Below are positions 51,591 to 61,048 of a DNA stretch of 64,000 nt, piece by piece (the stretch's first letter is position 1; every line of letters begins with the position of its first letter). Both the position numbers and the translations under genes were made by a program. The stretch lies in NCBI GenBank assembly GCA_965198005.1, contig CBDAOI010000004.1, positions 96,001 to 160,000 of the forward strand, written 5' to 3'. A model generated the notes under the pieces. That model ran no database searches. It was not told the origin of the DNA and worked only from the letters and a program-made list of their open reading frames with translations. Source of the DNA: Spirochaetia bacterium (GTDB taxonomy: Bacteria; Spirochaetota; Spirochaetia; SZUA-6; Bin103).

Positions 51591-52601
51591 ATGAGTGCCT
51601 ATATCATCAGGCGTTTATTGCTGATAATCCCTACCTTGTCCATATTGACGATCATGGTCTTTCTCGCGGTCCGCTTCATCCCCGGCGATGTCATAGACGT
51701 AATGGTGGCCAGGATGATAGAACAAGGTGCCGACGGCGGGGAGATTGACCGCGAAGTTCTTGAGCGTAGGCTGGGATTGGATGTGCCTGTGCACGTGCAG
51801 TATGGACGCTGGATCGGAGTGTTTCCAACCCGTGACTTTATTACCGGTGAGTCCCGTTTCAAGGGTCTCCTCCAGGGCGCCCTTGGCCAGTCACTGTGGG
51901 GCGCCCATTTCTCGGTGGAGGAGAAGATAATAGGCAGATTCCCAGTGACCATTCAGCTCGGTGTCATGGCAATCGTAATCGGGCTCGTGATAGCGCTGCC
52001 CGTCGGCATCTACTCGGCGATTCGCCAGGATACCGCCGCCGACTACGCTGGGCGCTCCGTCGCCATCATCGGCCTGGCAACGCCCAACTTCTGGCTGGGA
52101 ACCATGGTCATGCTCTACCCGGGAATCTGGTGGGGCTGGTCGCCACCGATTGAGATGATTCCTTTCACGGAAGACCCGCTGGGCAATATTGGGATGTTCC
52201 TCATTCCCAGCCTGATTCTGGGGACGGCCTCGGCTGCAGCCACCATGCGGATGACCCGCACCATGATGCTGGAGGTGCTCAGGCAAGACTATATCAGGAC
52301 GGCCTGGGCCAAGGGTCTCAGGGAGCGGGTGGTCGTCATGCGGCACGCCATCAAGAACGCACTCATCCCGGTGGTGACGCTGATCGGCCTGCAGTTGCCG
52401 ATCCTGATAGGTGGCTCCGTCATCATGGAGAACATCTTCAGCCTGCCGGGATTGGGTCGTCTCCTGCTGACTGCACTCGATACCAGAGATTACCCGATGG
52501 TCTCCGGAGCAAACCTGGTCTTCGCCACCGCGGTGGTGCTGTTCAATCTCCTGATCGACCTGCTCTATTCCTATCTGGACCCGAGAGTGCGGTATGAATG
52601 A
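51591..52601 (+). CDS. ABC permease, OppB/DppB-like
   Basis: Full-length paralog. Confidence 0.92.
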   Translation: MSAYIIRRLLLIIPTLSILTIMVFLAVRFIPGDVIDVMVARMIEQGADGGEIDREVLERRLGLDVPVHVQYGRWIGVFPTRDFITGESRFKGLLQGALGQSLWGAHFSVEEKIIGRFPVTIQLGVMAIVIGLVIALPVGIYSAIRQDTAADYAGRSVAIIGLATPNFWLGTMVMLYPGIWWGWSPPIEMIPFTEDPLGNIGMFLIPSLILGTASAAATMRMTRTMMLEVLRQDYIRTAWAKGLRERVVVMRHAIKNALIPVVTLIGLQLPILIGGSVIMENIFSLPGLGRLLLTALDTRDYPMVSGANLVFATAVVLFNLLIDLLYSYLDPRVRYE

Positions 52602-53490
52602 CGCGCGGGGGCCATTCGCCGATTTCTTCGGCAGGTTGTGGCGGCAGAAGCCGCTGGGCATCGCCAGCGGGATCGTCATCCTGATCCTGGTTCTGTTGGC
52701 GATCTTCGCCGATGCTTTGGCCCCCTATCCCTTCGATCAACTGAACCTGGCAGACCGGCTGCAGGGTCCATCGACCCGCCATCTGCTGGGGACCGACCAG
52801 TTGGGCCGCGACCTGTTGAGCCGGCTGCTGTTCGGGGCACGGATCTCGCTGGTCGTTGGTCTGGCGGCGACCACGCTGAACGTGGTGGTCGCCACCCTGA
52901 TCGGCGGCACGTCCGGTTTCCTCGGGGGTAAGCTGGACCTGGCGGTGCAGCGCTTCGTCGATGCCTGGATGGCGTTCCCGGGACTGCTGCTGTTGCTCAC
53001 GATCATGTCGGTCGCGGGGCAGGGTCTGCCACAGATCATCGTGGTGCTGGGGATCGCCGGCGGGGTGGGCGGCTCGCGCGTGGTCAGAGGCGCGGTGGTG
53101 GCCACCAAGGGCAACGATTTTTTTCTGGCCGCCCGGGCGGTGGGCGCGCCGACGCGACAGGTCCTGGTGCGCCACGTCCTGCCCAATATCGTGGCGCCCC
53201 TCATCATCGTCTTCAGCATCAACGTCGGCGGCGTCATCCTGGCCGAGGCCAGCTTGAGCTTTCTCGGCTTCGGGCTGCCGATCAAGGTCCCGAGCTGGGG
53301 CGGGATGCTGAGCCGGGAGGGGCGGCGGTTCATGGAGCAGGCGCCGTGGCTGGCGCTGTGGCCCGGGCTGTGCCTGACGATCGTGGTGTACAGTTTCAAC
53401 ATGCTGGGCGATGCCATGCGGGACTTACTCGATCCGCGGCTGCGCGGCGGCGGGGGGCGTCTGGCTGCCGGCGGCGCCACGTCGGTCTGA
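52594..53490 (+). CDS. ABC permease, OppC/DppC-like
   Basis: Full-length paralog. Confidence 0.92.
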   Translation: MNDARGPFADFFGRLWRQKPLGIASGIVILILVLLAIFADALAPYPFDQLNLADRLQGPSTRHLLGTDQLGRDLLSRLLFGARISLVVGLAATTLNVVVATLIGGTSGFLGGKLDLAVQRFVDAWMAFPGLLLLLTIMSVAGQGLPQIIVVLGIAGGVGGSRVVRGAVVATKGNDFFLAARAVGAPTRQVLVRHVLPNIVAPLIIVFSINVGGVILAEASLSFLGFGLPIKVPSWGGMLSREGRRFMEQAPWLALWPGLCLTIVVYSFNMLGDAMRDLLDPRLRGGGGRLAAGGATSV

Positions 53491-53601
53491 CGCACCCCAT
53501 GCGGCCAGGGAAGTTTCGGCGCCGCGGGAAAACGCTAACGCTTACCCGTTGAAGGGGAGAGCATCCTGGCCAGGATGCCTCGTCAGCAAGCCGCGCCTGG
53601 C

Positions 53602-54472
53602 GCTTCATCCCCGGCGACGTAATCGACACCATGGCGGCGTCTGACCAAAGCGGCTTGGCTGGCCTCCCTCGGCAATTCACTGCTTGGAGATTGGCCGGTG
53701 GAGGAGAAGATCGCGGGAAGACTGCCGGTCACGCTCGAGCTCGGCTTCCTGGCTATCGTCATCGGGCTGGTGATAGGGGTGCCGACCGGCATCTACTCGG
53801 CGATTCGCCAGGATACGGCCGTGGACTACGCGGGGCGCACGGTCGCCATCTTCGGCCTGGCTACGCCGAACTTCTGGCTGGGTGTCATGGTCATGACCTA
53901 CCCGTCGGTCTGGTGGGGCTGGTCGCCGCCGATGCAGCTGATTCCTTTGTCCGACGACCCGTTGGGAAACCTGGGGATGTTCATCATTCCCAGCCTGATC
54001 CTGGGGACGGCGCTTTCGGCAGCCACCATGCGGATGACGCGCACGATGATGCTCGAGGTGCTCCGCCAGGACTACGTCCGGACCGCCTGGTCCAAGGGAC
54101 TGAGGGAGCGGGTCGTCGTCGTACGGCACGCCATCAAGAACGACTACCCGGTCATCTCGGGCATAAACATGTTCTTCGCGACGGCGGTGGTGGCGATCAA
54201 TCTCGTCATCGACCTGATCTATGGCTACCTGGATCCCAGGGTCCGCTATGAATGACGCCACCGGGCCACGACGTGCCGGGCTGGCTTACTTCCTGGTTAG
54301 GCTGTGGCGGGAGAAGCCGCTGGGTACCGCTGGCGGCGTGGTGGTGCTGGGCTTGATTCTCGTGGCGATCTTCGCCGACGTGCTGGCACCCTATCCGTTC
54401 GACGAAGTGAACCTGATGGCCCTGCTGCAACCGCCGTCGGCTGAGCATCTGATGGGTACCGACCAGTTGGGG
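53602..54472 (+). pseudogene. Multiply deleted permease B plus 5' part of permease C
   Basis: RFIPGDVIDTMAA, EEKIAGRLP..., HAIKN/DYPV join; second gene ends at GTDQLG. Confidence 0.8.
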
Positions 54473-54474
54473 CA

Positions 54475-54605
54475 GCCGCCAGTCTTGGATCCCCAGCGCC
54501 GCCGAGACCTTCCTCGATGGCAGTGGTGACGTTATGCCCGGCCGCCCGCAAGACCTCAGCCGTGGTCTCCGGGAGATTCTCATCGATCTTGATCTTGACA
54601 GCCAC
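54475..54605 (-). pseudogene. DUF5615 PIN-like toxin, truncated
   Basis: KIKIDENLPETTAEVLRAAGHNVTTAIEEGLGGAGD, then runs into permease sequence. Confidence 0.7.
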
Positions 54606-54623
54606 GTTTGCCGGTATGCGCGC

Positions 54624-54851
54624 TCATGCGTACAGAGCAATGGTCTGCTCGCGGGCCAACTCCGCCGCGTACGCCAGCACCGCCCTGATCGCGTCTGGCG
54701 TGAGCAGTGGATACTCCGCGAGAAGGCGCTCCTCGGGCACCCGAGCAGCCAGATTGTCCAGAACGACCGAGACGGGGACCCGCGTACCTGCGATACACGC
54801 AACGCCGTGCATCACATTCGGGTCAACTGAAATGTAGTCGCGCCAGTTCAT
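54624..54851 (-). CDS. DUF433 domain protein (putative antitoxin)
   Basis: ISVDPNVMHGVACIAGTRVPVSVVLDNLA...IRAVLAYAAELA. Confidence 0.88.
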   Translation of the reverse strand: MNWRDYISVDPNVMHGVACIAGTRVPVSVVLDNLAARVPEERLLAEYPLLTPDAIRAVLAYAAELAREQTIALYA

Positions 54852-55146
54852 CGTTCGCCGTTGCGCTTGGGCCTTATGTTTCTTGCGTCGTCCTCTGCCA
54901 TGTTCTCATGCGCTTCTCCGGCGATCGCAGGGAGGTAGCCCAAGGAGTGGTCAGTGTCCAGTTGGCTCGAGCGCGTTGAGCGCGTTGAAGCCGGCATTCA
55001 TGGTGCCGGCTGGATTGTGACCACCGCGGAGTGAGCTCGTCGCTGACTACGTCATTCGGGATGCCGCCCAGGTGGTCACGCGCCGGCGCGCGGGCGGCCG
55101 ATCCGTGGGTGCGCGCGAAAGAAGTTCGCGTGGCCGACCGGCAACC

Positions 55147-55236
55147 CGTGGCCACTACGGGACCCGCGGTGTTGAACTGGCGCACGGTCGCCATGGTCGC
55201 AGAGTACGGCGCGGTTGTCATCCTCTCGACCGGCGC
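55147..55236 (-). pseudogene. 5' stub of AAA/PD-(D/E)XK gene
   Basis: MTTAPYSATMATVRQFNTAGPVVA. Confidence 0.75.
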
Positions 55237-55334
55237 TGCAGCAATTCTCGGTGCGTAGCCGGGGGCTCAGGTTGTTGCCGGCAATCACGTACCGTGAGCT
55301 GGTCCCAGCCGCTGCTCGGAGTGTCCGTGCCGAC

Positions 55335-55576
55335 TCACCCGCGGGCTGCCCTTGTCCGCCGCTGCTCGGTGGCCCGATCGTGGTTATGTGCAAGACACAG
55401 AAGTCTGAGATTTTCCGCGCTCGCCGAGCCACCCATCGCATACGGCTGCACGTGATCGATCTGTACCAGATGCCGCGATCCGCAGCACCGTCCACTCTCC
55501 GGATCGCGATACGTGCACCGTCCCCGGTCCCGCATCCAGATGTGTCGCCGCACAGCCGCCGGAATCGTTCGCGTGA
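55335..55576 (-). pseudogene. HNH endonuclease domain (probably a fragment)
   Basis: SRTIPAAVRRHIWMRDRGRC...QIDHVQPYAMGG...NLRLLCLAHN. Confidence 0.7.
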
Positions 55577-55821
55577 TGGTCGCCCGCCCGCGCCGGCGGG
55601 TCGTCCTGTGGCTGGCGGCCGGCTGTGGGTCGTCCGACTTGGGCGCCCAAGTGCGACCACGCGATTTTTCCGTGCGAGCCGAACAGAATCACCTTCTCGG
55701 GCCGGAAGTCCGTGCCTATGCGCTCCGCGAGGGCGTGGATTGCTGTGAGAAGCTGGCGGACGGAAGACGCGCGAAGGCGATTGATCCTGCGGGGACAGTG
55801 GTCGGTCGGTTACAATCGCAC

Positions 55822-57113
55822 ATGACCACTGACCTCATCCAACGGCGCAACCGGGCCCTCGGGGCCGGCGCCCCGCTGTTCTATCGCGAGCCGCTGCACG
55901 TCGTGCGCGGGGAGGGCGCCTATCTGTTTGATGCCGCCGGCCGCCGCTACGTCGACATGTACAACAACGTGCCGTGCGTCGGTCATGCCCATCCGCGGAT
56001 AGTGGAGGCGATGGCGACCCAGCAGGCGACCCTCAACGTGCACAGCCGGTATCTGCACGAAGGCATCCTTGAGCTGGCCGAACGGATCACGGGGCTCCAC
56101 GGGGAGCGTCTGGAGAGCGTGGTGTTCTCGTGCACCGGGACCGAGGCCAACGAGGTGGCGCTGCGCATGGCGCGGGCGGCGACGGGTCGGCGCGGGATCG
56201 TGTGCTCGGACGCTGCCTATCACGGCACCAGCGAGGCGGTCGGGAAGCTCACGCACGTGCACCGGCGCAGTCCCGAGCGGGGCGCCGAGGTGCGCGGCTT
56301 TCCGTTCCCGCAGACCTATCGACCGCTCGCCGGCGGACCGATCGACGAGCCGATCGACGAACTCAGGGATCGCTACCTCGATCGTCTGCAGGCGGCCATC
56401 GACGACCTCACCAACGACGGCGTCGGGTTTGCCGGACTCCTGGTCTGTCCGATTTTCGCGAACGAGGGGCTGCCCACGGTGCCCGACGGTTTCATGTCGC
56501 GGGCGGCGGAGATCGCGCGCGCGGCGGGGGAGTCGTCATCGCCGACGAGGTCCAGGCCGGCTACTGCCGCACCGGTCGTTGGTGGGGCTACGAGGTTGCG
56601 GGATTCGAGCCCGACGTCGTGGTGACGGGCAAGCCGATGGGGGCCGGGCTGCCGCTGGCCGCAACGACCGCCAGCCGCGAACTCGTGGAGACGTTCCGCA
56701 GGACGGGCTACTTCAACACCTTCGCGTCGAGCCCGCTGCAGGGCGCCGTCGGCAACGCGGTCATCGACATCATCGAAGACGAGGGGCTTCGGCAGAACGT
56801 CGAGACCGTCGGCGCGCGCCTGATCGCGGGGCTGAAGCGAATACAGCCCCACTATCCGGTGATGGGTGACGTGCGCGGCCACGGCCTGTTCGTCGGGGTC
56901 GACCTGGTCGAGGATCCGGTGACGAAAGCGCCCGCTCGGGAAGGGGCCGCCGACGTCGTCAACGCGCTCAAGGACAGAGGCTTCCTGACCGGGAGCACCG
57001 GCGCGCACGACAACGTGCTCAAGCTGCGTCCGCCGCTGGTCCTCGGCGCTGCCGATGCCGATGCGTTCCTGGCAGCCTTCCGAGAGGTGATGGCCGATCT
57101 CTCCGGTGGATAG
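55822..57113 (+). pseudogene. Class III PLP aminotransferase-like protein, frameshift in a G-run near 56528
   Basis: YVDMYNNVPCVGH, TGTEANEVAL, AYHG; then IADEVQAGYCRTG, VTGKPMG, NVLKLRPPL in the next frame; could be a read error. Confidence 0.85.
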
Positions 57114-57270
57114 AGCAGCGGTCGAACAGCGCTACGGCGGGGCGGCTCGAGCTCGGCGATGGATGCGTTCGGGCTCGCCGGCGGGGCGCTGTCGCTGGTC
57201 GCCGTCTCCGAGAACGTCACGTTCCGGGTGGACGGGGTCGATGGCGACGCCTACGTGCTGCGCCTGCGCA
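57106..57270 (+). pseudogene. APH-type phosphotransferase 5' fragment
   Basis: LSLVAVSENVTFRVDGVDGDAYVLRL; overlaps aminotransferase stop. Confidence 0.55.
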
Positions 57271-57418
57271 ACCTGCTCGACCCCCACCTCCGCGGCGGCA
57301 CGGATGAACTCTACGGTCCCGCCGGCGCCATCCACGAACCGGCGCGGTAAACTGTGGCAGCGCCTGCTCCATTCCCATTCTCACGCCAAGTGGACTACAC
57401 TATGCAGAGAAGGCGCGG

Positions 57419-57751
57419 GTGCACACCACGAATGTCCGGGAGCTGAAGAAAAACCCATCGCTCGCGTTGCGGCGGGCAAGGGAGGGGCCTGTACTGATCC
57501 TGAAGGGTAACGAACCGGACGCCCTGCTGATACATCTTGACAAGTCGCTGACCGATACCGAGGCAGGCATGCGCCCGGCCCTGGCGGCAAGTCTCTACAA
57601 CGGTGGGAGCGTGTCGCTGGGCAAGGCCGCAAAAATCAGCGGGCTTTCCTTGAGCGAGTTTGTCAGGCATCTAGGCAGCCTGGGTATCGAGATCGTCCAG
57701 CATGACGAAACCACGAGCAACGAAACCGGCGATATCTCTCCGGCCCATTAA
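57419..57751 (+). CDS. Phd-like/UPF0175 antitoxin-like protein
   Basis: NVRELKKNPSLAL N-terminus; SVSLGKAAKISGLSLSEF...LGI. Confidence 0.75.
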   Translation: MHTTNVRELKKNPSLALRRAREGPVLILKGNEPDALLIHLDKSLTDTEAGMRPALAASLYNGGSVSLGKAAKISGLSLSEFVRHLGSLGIEIVQHDETTSNETGDISPAH

Positions 57752-58066
57752 CATTGCTCGGCTGGATCGAGCAACGCCCGGAGCATCACCGCCCGGGCGT
57801 GGTGGCGGCGCACAAGGACCGCGCGTGTGCTCTGTGCGAGAGCCTCGACACCCACGGGCTCGTCGCTTGAATCTGCCCCGCAGCGGTCCACGTAGCGTCC
57901 GTAGCGTCCGTCATGCAGGTTGCCACCAGCCACTATGGCCTACGCTACTATGGACGAATCGCACAACCATGGGAGCGACGTGGCGCACCGGGTTAGGTCG
58001 CCGTGCACTAACGTGGGCGGCCGGACGTGACGATCCGCAATCCCGCGGTAAGCTAAGCTAAGCTAA

Positions 58067-58151
58067 AGGGTGTCGCCCTCGCTCGACGAGAGTGCGCTCG
58101 CTCGCGACCGTCGCGAGCGATGCGAGGGCCGGCAGCGGAATCAGCGCTCTC
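58067..58151 (+). promoter_or_regulatory. Structured leader type B before SBP6
   Basis: GAGAGTGC...GCGCTCTC enclosing a TCGCTCGCGA/TCGCGAGCGA hairpin. Confidence 0.55.
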
Positions 58152-58180
58152 AAACTATTTTTGATGTGAGGTAGACAACG

Positions 58181-59995
58181 ATGACGAATATCGTGAAAAA
58201 GTGCGCGGCGATCCTGATTGGGCTCGCCCTGACCGCAACCGGCCTCTGGGCCGGCGGTGGCGCAGATGCGGAGCCGGCAGCCGCTGCCGAGAAGGAAATG
58301 GTGATGGACCCGACCACCGGCGAGATGGTGAGCGCACCCGAGTATGGTGGGACTATCACCGGTCTGTTCAATCCGGACCATGAGAGCGAGAATGCCGACA
58401 TTTGGCATTTCCGCACTGCCATACACCAAACCAAGATCGTCTTGGAGCGGATGGGTGGCGGTAACTGGGGACTGCCCAGAGACGAATTCGCCTTCGCCGG
58501 TGCCATCCCGAATGTGCCTCAATACACCGGGCGGCTGGCCGAGAGCTGGGAGCAGCCGGACGCCACGACGATCGTCCTGCACATCCGCAGGGGGGTGAAG
58601 TGGCACGACAAGGAACCGATGAACGGCCGAGAGCTCGTCGCCGATGACGTCGTGTTCAACTTCAGCCGCAATCTGGGGCTCGGCGAGTTTGCCGCGGATG
58701 GCCCGAGCCCGCAGATCAGCGTTCTGGGTACGCTGCCGATCGAATCGATAACGGCAACGGACAGGTATACGGTCGTCTTCGAGTTGGAGCAACCGAGGCT
58801 CTCTGCGCTGTACCACATCATCGGGGATATCTACGGCAATCAGTACCCGCCCGAAGTCATCAGGCAGGACGGCGACGCCAAGGATTGGACCAAGCTGGTA
58901 GGCACCGGGCCCTTCATGTGGACCGACTGGGTGCAAGGCACGTCCTTGACCTATACCAAGAACCCCGATTACTGGGGCTTCGACGAGAAGTTTCCGGAGA
59001 ACCGCCTGCCCTATGTCGACGAGTTCAAGGCCCTGATCATGCCGGAAGAGGCGACGCGCATAGCGGCGCTGCGCTCGGGCCAGCTGGATGTGCTGGGTGG
59101 TCCCCTCGGTTTCGACCTTGCGCCCGGCCCTGCGACGGAGGGCCTGGAGCGAACCAATCCCGAGCTCAAGCATTTTCCGTGGGAGTTTCGCGGTTTCAAC
59201 TCCGCAGGTTTTAACATAACCGAGCCGCCTTTCGACGACGTTCGGGTGCGCAGGGCGATGCAGATGGCACTGGACCTCGAGACGGTGGCCGACACCTACT
59301 TCAAGGGCTATGCAGATGCCACTCCTCGGGGCGTCGTCGGCACTGCCCACATCGGGTACGCGTTCCCGATCGCAGAGTGGTCCGGCGAGATCAAGGGATA
59401 CTACAGCTACGACCCGGAAGGTGCGGAGCGGCTTCTCGATGAAGCTGGATATCCGCGCGGCGCCGATGGCGCCAGGTTCAAGACCGTATTCAACGGCCAT
59501 CCCAACCCATCCCTAACCAATGTAGGCTATACTGAGATAATCATCCAGTTTTGGGATGCGATTGGCGTCGATGTAGAGCTCACGATCATGGAAAGCGCGG
59601 CATGGATCCCGATGATACAGAACGCCGACTACGAAGGGATGGTCTGGATTTTTTCCGCCTGGAACGCGCCGCTTCCCGTTACCACCGTCGGCTGGCAATC
59701 CCCCACAGGGTGGATAAACGCCACCGGGCACAACGTGCCGGCCTATGAGGCCATGCTCGCAGCCATCGGCTCGGCGAAGACGGTCGAGGAGGAGAGGCAG
59801 CTGATCCAAGAGGCCGATCGGTACCTCATCGAGAATCACCTGTACCTGTGGGGTCCCATCATGCCGCAGGTTGCGGTGACGCAACCGTGGATCGTCGGCT
59901 ACAACGGTGAAACCAATCTGGGAGACGTGGACGGCTGGGCGATCTTCGCTCGCCTCTGGATCGACCACGCAATGAAGGAGTCGATGGGTAACTAG
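58181..59995 (+). CDS. Family 5 SBP6 (intact)
   Basis: Signal peptide, LAESWEQPD, VGTGPF, PFDDVRVRRAMQMA. Confidence 0.93.
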   Translation: MTNIVKKCAAILIGLALTATGLWAGGGADAEPAAAAEKEMVMDPTTGEMVSAPEYGGTITGLFNPDHESENADIWHFRTAIHQTKIVLERMGGGNWGLPRDEFAFAGAIPNVPQYTGRLAESWEQPDATTIVLHIRRGVKWHDKEPMNGRELVADDVVFNFSRNLGLGEFAADGPSPQISVLGTLPIESITATDRYTVVFELEQPRLSALYHIIGDIYGNQYPPEVIRQDGDAKDWTKLVGTGPFMWTDWVQGTSLTYTKNPDYWGFDEKFPENRLPYVDEFKALIMPEEATRIAALRSGQLDVLGGPLGFDLAPGPATEGLERTNPELKHFPWEFRGFNSAGFNITEPPFDDVRVRRAMQMALDLETVADTYFKGYADATPRGVVGTAHIGYAFPIAEWSGEIKGYYSYDPEGAERLLDEAGYPRGADGARFKTVFNGHPNPSLTNVGYTEIIIQFWDAIGVDVELTIMESAAWIPMIQNADYEGMVWIFSAWNAPLPVTTVGWQSPTGWINATGHNVPAYEAMLAAIGSAKTVEEERQLIQEADRYLIENHLYLWGPIMPQVAVTQPWIVGYNGETNLGDVDGWAIFARLWIDHAMKESMGN

Positions 59996-60069
59996 TAGAT
60001 AGATCTGTTGGAGCTCATGAATCCCACCTACTCAGCGCCGGCTGGGTGGGTGGGCTCTCATTCGCTCAC

Positions 60070-61029
60070 ATGAGAGCGTACATCATCAGGCGGGTGCTGC
60101 TCGTCATCCCCACGTTGTTCATCTTGAGCATCCTCGTCTTTCTCTCGGTGCGCTTCCTGCCTGGCGACGCGATAGACGCAATGCTGGTTAGAGCCGGCTA
60201 TATTGGCGGGGTTGGGGTGGACCGGGCGGCACTCGAGCACATGCTCGGACTGGACCTGCCCATCCACGTGCAGTACGGACGTTGGCTCGGCGATATCGTA
60301 CTGCGCGGCACGCTGGGCGAGTCACTGTGGGGCGGCGAGGCTATAGAGACCAAGATAATCGCTCGCCTGCCGGTAACGCTCGAGCTCGGTGTCTTGGCCA
60401 TCGTGATCGGCCTCCTGATAGCCGTTCCCGTCGGCGTCTATTCGGCGATGCGCCAGGATACGGTCGGCGACTACGCCGGGCGGACGATCGCCGTCATCGG
60501 CTTGGCGACTCCCAACTTCTGGCTGGGAGTGATGGTCATGCTCTACCCGGTCATCTGGTGGGGCTGGTCGCCACCGGTCGAGCTGATTCGCTTCAGCGAA
60601 GACCCGCTGGGAAACCTGGGCATGTTCCTGGTTCCGAGCCTGATTCTCGGCACCGCCCTGGCGGCAAGCACCATGCGCATGACGCGCACCATGATGCTGG
60701 AGGTACTGCGTCAGGATTATATCCGCACCGCCTGGGCCAAGGGTCTGAGCGAGCGTCTGGTGGTCGTGCGACATGCCACCAAGAACGCGCTCATTCCGGT
60801 GGTGACCCTCATCGGCCTGCAGCTGCCCATCCTGGTAGGCGGATCGGTCATCATGGAGAACATCTTCGTCCTGCCCGGGTTGGGGCAGGTGCTGTTGAAG
60901 GCACTTCACGACCGGGACTACCCGATCGTCATGGGCGTGAACCTGTTCTTTGGCGCGGTGGTGATGGGGGTGAATCTGCTGATCGACCTGCTCTATCCCT
61001 ACTTGGACCCGCGGATCCGCTACCGATAG
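60070..61029 (+). CDS. ABC permease, OppB/DppB-like
   Basis: MRAYIIRR...LDPRIRYR. Confidence 0.93.
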   Translation: MRAYIIRRVLLVIPTLFILSILVFLSVRFLPGDAIDAMLVRAGYIGGVGVDRAALEHMLGLDLPIHVQYGRWLGDIVLRGTLGESLWGGEAIETKIIARLPVTLELGVLAIVIGLLIAVPVGVYSAMRQDTVGDYAGRTIAVIGLATPNFWLGVMVMLYPVIWWGWSPPVELIRFSEDPLGNLGMFLVPSLILGTALAASTMRMTRTMMLEVLRQDYIRTAWAKGLSERLVVVRHATKNALIPVVTLIGLQLPILVGGSVIMENIFVLPGLGQVLLKALHDRDYPIVMGVNLFFGAVVMGVNLLIDLLYPYLDPRIRYR

Positions 61030-61048
61030 GAACGAAGGAAGGAACCAG

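Noticed and set aside
34637-57751. Integron cassette array explaining the TA density
   Set aside because: No integrase and no recurring attC-like sites recognised; genes lie in mixed orientation
58049-58066. TAAGC x3 and other short tandem repeats (GCAAGTCC, GGATCCCA)
   Set aside because: Only 2-3 units; likely slippage with no supportable function
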